A stretch of DNA of 64,000 nucleotides from Candidatus Oxydemutatoraceae bacterium (GTDB taxonomy: Bacteria; Pseudomonadota; Gammaproteobacteria; Poriferisulfidales; Oxydemutatoraceae), in contig OZ245335.1 of NCBI GenBank assembly GCA_965226235.1, positions 1,137,660 through 1,201,659 on the forward strand, given 5' to 3'. The notes under the pieces are model-generated. The model did no database searches and had not been told where the DNA came from. It was given only the letters and a program-made list of their open reading frames with translations. Below are positions 32,901 through 41,900 of this stretch, piece by piece. The translations under genes were made by a program, and so were the position numbers. The first letter of the stretch is position 1, and every line of letters begins with the position of its first letter.

Positions 32901-35900
32901 TGCGTCATTGAATCGCCCGCCAGGAATACCGCTTCCTGCGTAAACGGCGCGGTGTCCTCAAGTACGCGATTGGCATCTTGCGGTTCGCCAATCGCCACCG
33001 TCACCGTCAGTTGCGCCGTTGACTCGACCGCCGGGCGCGTCAGCACAAAGACAATCTCATTGCCTTCGGCCACCCCCAGCTTATCGGGAGCGAGATCGGG
33101 AGCGATCGTCACGAAGTCGTTGTCCACGATGGTGATAGCCTCATGAGCAGGGGAAGGGGAACCTTTGAAATTTCCTGGAGGATCAATGACATATTCCGGG
33201 CGGAGACCTCCGGCCCTTTCGATCACAAGCCCAAACGTCTCGTCTCCTTCCATTAGATCGTCATCGTCGATGGTGACCGGTATATACACGACCTTCCGGT
33301 AAACCCCGTCTTCGAGCAACTCAAATCCTGAAAGGCCGGGACTAAACATATTACTGATCGCTGGATAGTCTTCCGGGGAGTCTGCACTGTTGCCTTTGGT
33401 CGAAAATGAAATGGAAAACCCACGATCACTAGGAGGCGGTGCCTCGGCATCTATAACGATCCCGGCTTGATACACACCGTGTCCTTCATTGATGCTCGTC
33501 CGCGTACTGGCAGTATAAATGCGTATTGCGGGAAAACCGTCATCCAGCACCCGAACCGACGCAGACCCCGGCGACCTCACATAATAATGTCCAGGCTCCC
33601 CCAACACCGTATCCGGCGGTGATACCACCGCCGTCACCGCCGTGGGCTGCTCGTACGGATTGTCATTCACCGTCGGCACCGTCAGTTGCACCGCTGACTC
33701 GCCCGCCGGAAACACCACAGTCTTCTCAAACGGCGCGGTCTCCTCAAGTACGCGATTGGCATCTTGTGGTTCTTCAACCACCACCTTCACCGCCAGCTCT
33801 ACATCCGGGTCGCCCGTGCGCGTCAACTCAAAGACCATCTCATCGCCTTCGGTCACTTCCACCAGCAAAGAATCGCCGACACCTGCGGTGATGGTCACCA
33901 GCGCCGTGTCGTCATCGAGGACCAGAACCGACGCCGGCGTCGACGCAGCGTTGTAATATTTGCCACTACTCGTTCTCTCCGGTGGTGTTTCCGGCGGATC
34001 CGGCGGTATTACCAGCGCCGTCACCGTCAACATTCCCTCGTCATTAGCCGTCGGCACCGTCAGTTGCGCCGTTGCCATGCCCTCCGGAAACACCACAGTC
34101 TGCGTAAACGTAGACGGCGCGGTGCCGCCGACTTCGGTTTCGGTAATCACCGTCACCGGCAGTTCCGGAGCCAGGTCGCCCGCCGGGCGCGTCAACACAA
34201 AGTTGATGGGCGTGCCTTTTGCCACCACCCCCAGCGTCTCGGAACCGGTAGCGATCCTGATGCCGGGATCGGGAGCGATCGTCACGAAGTCGTTGTCCTC
34301 GATGGTGAGCGTCACCCTGTTCCCAGGGCTAAGAATTCTGATTTGAGGGTGAAGATTGGCACTTCTCTCCAACTTCAACAGTAGCGACTCCTCTCCTTCC
34401 ATTAGGTCGTCATCGATAGTGACGAGCGCCGGAAATTCAACGACCTGCCGGTAAAAGAAGGTCACACCTCCGTCGACGCTAACCCGCTGAAATTCTGAGA
34501 AGAATATATCGACCAGCTCATTTAGCGGCTCAAAGTCTTCCCGGAACCGTGCGCTCCCCGACTCGCTTGTATATGCAAGAGGAAAAGATAATAGCCTGCC
34601 ATCCCTGTCATCGAAACTACGGGGACGCTCGTCGTATCGCGTCTCCGCAATGACCCGAAGCCTAAAACCGCTTCCTTCGCTGACGCTCGCCTGCGTGCTG
34701 GCAGCATAAATGTCTATTCTGGGAACGTCATTATCCCGCACCAGAACCGATGTCGACCCCGGCGACCTCACCACATAATGTCCGGGCTCCCCCAACACCG
34801 TGCCCGGCGGTACTACCACCGCCGTCACCGTCGTGTGCGGCTCGAACTCATCGTCATTAACCGTCGGCACCGCCAGTTGCGTCGTTGGCATGCCCGGCAG
34901 AAACATCACCGCCTCGGTCGACCGGACGCTATCAGCAAGTATGTCGCCGCCGGCTTCGTCAATCCCCACCACCACCGTCAGCGGTGAAGACAGGTTGCCC
35001 TCCGTGCGCATCAACTCAAAGACAAGCTCCCCACCTTCTATCACTTCCACCAGCCCGGAAGGGCCGACAGCGCCCACTGCGGTGATGGTCACCAGCGCCG
35101 TGTCGTTGTCGCGGACCAGAACCGACGCCGGCGTCGACGCAGCGTTATAGTATTCGCCACTCTCCAAACCCGTCGGTGGCGCTATCGACGGATCCGGCGG
35201 TAATACCACCGCCGTCACCGTCGTGTCCGACTCCGCTATCGCGTCATTAGCCGTCGGCACCGTCAGTAGCGCCGTTGACGCGCCCGCCGGGAATACCGCT
35301 TCCTGCGTAAACGGCGCGGTGTCCTCAAGTACGCGATTGGTATCTTGCGGTTCGCCAATCTGCACCGTCACCGTCAGTTGCGCCGTTGACTCGACCGCCG
35401 GGCGCGTCAGCACAAAGACAATCTCCTCGCCTTCGGCCACTTCCGGCTTACCGGGAGCGATCGTCACGAAGTCGTTGTCCACGATGGTGATAACCTCATG
35501 AACAGACTTCATACTCGGACCGAAACCTCCGTTTCCTGGAGGATCAATGACATATTCCGGGCGGAGACCCGGGCCCCTTTCGATCAGAAGCCCAAACGTC
35601 TCGTCTCCTTCCATTAGATCGTCATCGTTGATGGTGACCGCTCTATACACGACCTTCCGGTAAACCCCGTCTTCGAGCAACTGAAATCCTGAATGGCCGG
35701 GATTAAACGTATTAAAGAACACTGGATAGTCTTCCGGGAATCCTGCCTCTTTTCTTCTGTCCGAAAATGCAATGTTAATACCACTAGCACTAGGCGGCGG
35801 TGCCTCGGCATCCATCACGATCCCGGCTTGATACACACCGTGTCCTTCATTGAGGCGCGTCTGCGTACTGGCAGTATAAATGCGCATTGCGGGAAAACCG

Positions 35901-38900
35901 TCATCCAGCACCCGAACCGATGCAGACCCCAGCAACCTCGCATAATAATGTCCGGGCTCCCCCAACACCGTATCCGGAGGTGATACCACCGCCGTCACCG
36001 TCGTGGGCTGCTCGTACGCTTCGTCATTCACCGTCGGCACCGTCAGTTGCCTCGTTGACTCGCCCGCCAGAAACACCACAGTCTTCTCAAACGGCGCGGT
36101 CTCCTCAAGTACGCGATTGTCATCTTGCGGTTCTTCAATCTCCACACCCACCGTCAGCGATGAAGCCGAGTCGCCCGTGCGCGTCAACTCAAAGACAATC
36201 TCATCGCCTTCGGTCACTTCCACCGGCAAAGAATCGCCGACACCTGCGGTGATGGTCACCAGCGCCGTGTCGTCATCAAGGACCAGAACCGACGCCGGCG
36301 TCGACGCAGCGTTGTAATATTTGCCACTACTCGTTCTCGTCGGTGGTGTTTCCGGCGGATCCGGCGGTATTACCACCGCCGTCACCGTCGACATTCCCTC
36401 GTCATTAATCGGTGGCACCGTCAGTTGCGCCATTGCCTCGCCCGCCGGAAACACCACCACATGCGTAAACGTAGACGACGGCGCGATGCCGTCGACTTCG
36501 GTAATCACCGTCACCGGCAGTTCCGGAGCCAGGTCGCCCGCCGGGCGCGTCAACACAAAGTTGATGGATGTGCCTTTTGCCACCACCCCCAGCGTCGTAT
36601 CGGGATCGGTAGCGACCCTCATGTCGGGACCGGTAGCGACCCTCATGCCGAGACCGGTAGCGATCGTTACGAAGTCGTTGTCCTCGATGGTGAGCGTCAC
36701 CCTGCGCCCAGGGCTAAGTCTTCTGATTTGAGGGTGAAGATTAGCACTTCTCTCCAACTTCAACAGTAGCGACTCCTCTCCTTCCATCAGGTCGATATCG
36801 ATACCCGCATCCCTATCGATAGTGACGAGCGCCGGAAATTCAACGACCTGCCGGTAAAAGAAGGTCACACCTCCGTCGACGATCTTGCTAACCCGCTGAA
36901 ATTCTGAAAAGAATATATCGACCACCTCATTTACCGGCTCAAAGTCTTCCCGGAACCGTGCGCTCCTCGACTCGCTTGAATATGCAAGACCAAAAGATAA
37001 TAGCCTGCCATCCCTGTCATCGAAACTACGGGGACGCTCGTCGGATAGCGTCTCCGCAATGACCCGAAGCCTAAAACTGCTTCCTTCGCTGACGCTCGCC
37101 TGCGTGCTGGCAGCATAAATGTCTATTCTGGGAACGTCGTTATCCCGCACCAGAACCGACACCGACCCCGGCGACCTCACCACATAATATCCGGGATCCT
37201 CCTTCGCCACCGCCGTCGCTACTACCACCGCCGTCACCGTCGTGTGCGGCTCGAAATCCTCGTCATTAACCGTCCGCACCGCCAGCTGCGCCGTTGGCAT
37301 GTCCGGCAGAAACACCACAGCTTCGGTCGACCGGACGCCAGCAGCAAGTATGTCGCCGCCGGCTTCGTCAATCCCCACCACCGCCGTCAGCGGTGAAGAC
37401 AGGTCGCCCGTGCGCGTCAACTCAAAGACAAGCTCCCTACCTTCTATCACTTCCACCAGCCCGGAAGGGCCGACAGCGCCCACTGCGGTGATGGTCACCA
37501 GTGCCGTGTCGTCGGCGAGGACCAGAAGCGACGCCGGCGTCGGCGCAGCGTTGTAATATTCGCTATCCCCCGGCGACACTGAACTATCCGGCGGTAATGG
37601 TAATACCACCGCCGTCACCGTCTTGTCCGATTCCACTATCGCGTCATCAACCGGCGGCACCGTCAGTTGCGCCATTGACGCGCCCGCCGGAAACACCACA
37701 GTCTCCATAGACGGCGCGGTGCCGCTGACTTCGGTAATTACCCTCACCGGTAGTTCTGAAGCCAGGTCGCCCGCCGGGCGCGTCAACACAAAGTTGATGG
37801 GCGTGCCTTTTGCCACCACCCCCAGCGTCGTATCGGGATCGATGGCGATCGTCATGTCGGGAGCGGGAGCGATCGTCACGAAGTCGTTATCCTCGATGGT
37901 GAGCTCCACCTCGGGGCTAAGAATCATGATTTGATCGGGAAGATTAAGAGTTTTCTCCAACTTCAACAGTAGCGACTCGTCTCCTTCCATCAAATCGTCA
38001 TCGATAGTGACGAGCGCCGTAGATTCAACGACCTGCCTGTAAAAGAAGGCCACACCTTCGTCGACGAGCTTGCTAACCCGCTGAAATTCTGAATAGAATA
38101 TCTCGACCACCTCATTTACCGGCTCAAAGTCTTGCTGGGACAGTGCGCTCCGCGACGTGCTTGAAAATGCAAGAGAAAAAGCACTGTCACTATCGAGATA
38201 ACGGGGACGCTCGTCGTATAGCGTCTCCGCAATGACCCGAAGCCTAAAACTGCTTCCTTCGCTGACGCTCGCCTGCATGCTGGCAACATAAACGTTTATT
38301 CCGGGAACGTCGTCATCCCGCACCAGAATTGACGCCGACCCCGGCGACCTCACCACATAATATCCGGGCTCCTCCGCCGCCACCGCCGCCGGTCGTACCA
38401 CCGCCGTCACCGTCGTGTACTCCTCGAACTCAAGGTCTGAAAACGTCGTCACCGCCAGTTGCACCGTTGACTGGCCCGCCGGAAACACCACCGTCTTCGT
38501 AAACGGCGCGTCCTCAAGTACGCGATTGGCATCTGGCGGTTCGGCAATCGCCACTGTCACCGTCAGCTCTATAGCCGGGTCGCCCGAGTGCGTCAACTCA
38601 AAGACAATCTCATCGCCTTCGTCCACTTCCACCAGCCCGGAATCGCCGACATCGCCCACTGCGGTGATGCTCACCAGCGTCGCTTCGTCGGCGAGGACCA
38701 GAACCGATGCCGGCGTCGAAGAAGCGTTATAATATTCGTCATCCCCCGGCAACGCTGAATAATCCGGCGAAAATACCACCATCGCCGTCACCATCGCGTT
38801 CGACTCCACTGTCTCGTCATCAACCGTCGGCACCGTCAGTCGCGCCATTGGCTCGCCCGCCAGAAACATCACAGTCTTCTCAAACGGCGCGGTCTCCTCA

Positions 38901-41900
38901 AGTACGAGATCGGCATCTTGCGGTTCGTCAATCTGCACCGTCACCGTCAGTTGCGCCGTTGACGTGCCCGCCGGGCGCGTCAACTCAAAGACAATCTCCT
39001 CGCCTTCGGCCACTTCCGGATTATCGGGATGCTCATCAGGATCGGGAGCGATCGTCACGAAGTCGTTGTCCACGATGGTGATAATCGCCTCGGGGAACAC
39101 CTCCTCATCATTAACATCACGTCTGGCCGGTAGGCTACTAAGCGTAATTCGAGAGTCCTCGTTTTGCTCCAAATCGAGCAACAGAGTCTCGTCTCCTTCC
39201 ATTTGCTCGTCCTCCTCGGCTTTGAGCCTCTGCCCCGAGAGGATAAAAAAACTATGCCGCCAACGCCCTGCCACCTGCTCAAAGTCCGATCCCGAAATAT
39301 TCCTCTGAAGGCTCGATTGAGTGAAGAACCGGAATGACGCATTACCAGACTCGAGTGAGACATCGTCTGCGGATGCGGCGGATACGGATGCGTTCTCCAA
39401 GCGGTAGCCAAATACAAACCTAAAAATACTAGCAAGAGCTTCATGGGGACGCTCGTCGGCTTCAAGAATGAGCTCCCAAGCACCCTGCGGGGGGCCGCCT
39501 TCACTGATGCGCACCTGCGTGGTCGCAACATAAGCTTGCATTTCCGGAATGTCGTCATCCAGCACCAGAACTGATGCCGACCTCGGCGAACTCGGCACAT
39601 AATATCCGGGCTCCCCCTCCGCCACCGCCGCCGGTGGTACCGTCGCCGTCACCGTCGTGTGCGGCTCGAACTCAAGGTCTGAAATCGTCCTCACCGCCAG
39701 TTGCGTCGTTGACACGCCCGCCGGAAACACTACAAACCTGCCACTAATAATAACCACGTCGCCGCCTAATTCGTCAATCTCCACGAACACCCCACTCAGC
39801 GATGAAGCCAGATCGCCCGTGCGCGTCAATTCAAAGACAATCTCATCGCCTTCGTCCACTTCCACCAGCGAAGAATCGCCGACAGTACCCACTGCGGTGA
39901 TCGTCACCCGCATCGTTTCGTCGTCGAAGACCATAACCGCCGCCGGCGTCGAAGCAGCGTTATAGTATTCGTCATCCCCCGGCGACACTGAACTATCCGG
40001 CGGTAATGGTAATACCACCGCCGTCACCGTCGTGTCCGACTTCGTTATCGCGTCATCAGCCGTCCGCACCGTCAGTTGCGCCGTTGACTTGCCGGTCGGA
40101 AACACCACAGTCTTCTCAAACGGCACGGTGTCATCAAGTACGCGATTGGCATCTGGCCGTTCGTCAATCGCCACCGTCACCGTCAGCTCTGAAGCCGTGT
40201 CGCCCGGACGCGTCAACTCAAAGACAATCTCCTCGCCTTCGTCCACTTCCGGATTATTGGAAGCGATCGTCACGAAGTCGTTGTCCACGATGGTGATAAT
40301 CGCGATGGGGAACACCTGCTGACCATTAACATTAGGCCTGGACGGCACGCTACGAATGATTTCAATTCGACGATCAAGGTTGCTGCCTGGAGCCAACTCT
40401 GCCAACAGAGTCTCGTCTCCTTCCATTTCCGTGTCATCCCTGACTTCGAGCCGATAGAAATCGGCAAAAGCACTATGCCGCCAATGCCCCTCCACCTGCT
40501 TAAAGTCCAATCCCGAAGCATTAACTCGAAAGCTACTTTTAGAGGGGAACGCAATTGACTGGCTACCTCCAGCCTTGAGTAAGACATCACCGCCTTGGGA
40601 TGCGGCGGATACCGATGCCCTATCCAAGCGGTAGCCATAGCTAAAAAGAGCACTAATATTAACGTCAGCGGTATGGGGACGCTCGTCGGTTTCAAGAATA
40701 ATCTCAACACGCCTATACGGGGGGTCGCCTTCACTGATACGCACCTGTGTGGTCGCAGGATAAACGCGTGTTTCCGGAATGTCGTTATCCCGCACCAGAA
40801 TTGACGCCGTGCTCGGTGACCCCGCCACATACTCCACCCCCTGTAATACCGTCGCCGTCACCATCGTGTGCGGCTCGAACCCCCTGTCGGCAACCGTGTC
40901 CACCCTCAGTTGCGTCGTTGACTCGTCCGCCAGAAATATCACAGTCTTCGTAGACGGCGCGGTGTCATCAAGTACGCGATTGGCATCTGGCGGTTCTTCA
41001 ACCGCCACACCCACAGTCAGCGATGAAGCCAGGTCGCCCATGCGCATCAACTCAAAGACAATCTGACGGCCTTCGTCCACAGCGGACACTGCGGGGGTGA
41101 TGGTCACCAGCGCCGCCTCGTCGTCGCGGACCAGAACCGACGCCGGCGTCGGCGAAGCGTTATAGTATTCGTCATCCCCCGGCAACACTGAACTATCCGG
41201 CGGTAGTGGTAATACCACCGCCGTCACCATCGCGTTCGACTCCGCTATCGCGTCATCAGCCGTCGGCACCCTCAGTTGCGTCGTTGGCTCGCCCGCCAGA
41301 AACATCACGGTCTTCGTAAACGGCGCGGTGTCCTCAAGTACGCGATTGGCACCTTGCGGTTCGTCAATCTGCACCGTCACCGTCAGCTCTGAAGTCGTGT
41401 CGCCCGGGCGCGTCAACTCAAAGACAATCTCCTCGCCTTCGTCCACTTCCGGATTATTGGAAGCGATCGTCACGAAGTCGTTGTCCACGATGGTGATAAT
41501 CACATCGGGGGACACCTCATCACCAAAAACATCAAGCCTGGCCGGTAATAAGCTATTAATAATACTAATTCGAGAGTCAACGCCTGCTGGCTCCAAATCT
41601 AAAAACAGAATCTCGTCTCCTTCCATTTGCTCGTCCTCCCCGGCTGTGAAATCCACCACCGAGAGATGCCACTGCCAAACCCCCTCCACCTGCTTAAAGT
41701 TCGATCCCTCAATAGGTTGACGATACTCCCGAGGCGCATCCGTATCAACACTCCTAAGAAGAACACCAAGAAGATTGACTCTGATGTCGCCTCCAGATGC
41801 GTTCTCATCGTGGCGGGCTAGGATAAAAATCCTAGCGGAAATCGCCCGGAGATGGGGACGCTCGTCGGCTTCAAGAATGATCGGCCAAGCCCCGGCCTCT

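Noticed and set aside
28540-35800. A diversity-generating retroelement as the source of the hypervariable cassettes.
   Set aside because: There is no reverse transcriptase gene, template repeat or IMH-like element in the window. Differences between cassettes include indels and block replacements, and are not substitutions confined to adenine-templated positions. A distant DGR cannot be excluded, but nothing here supports one.
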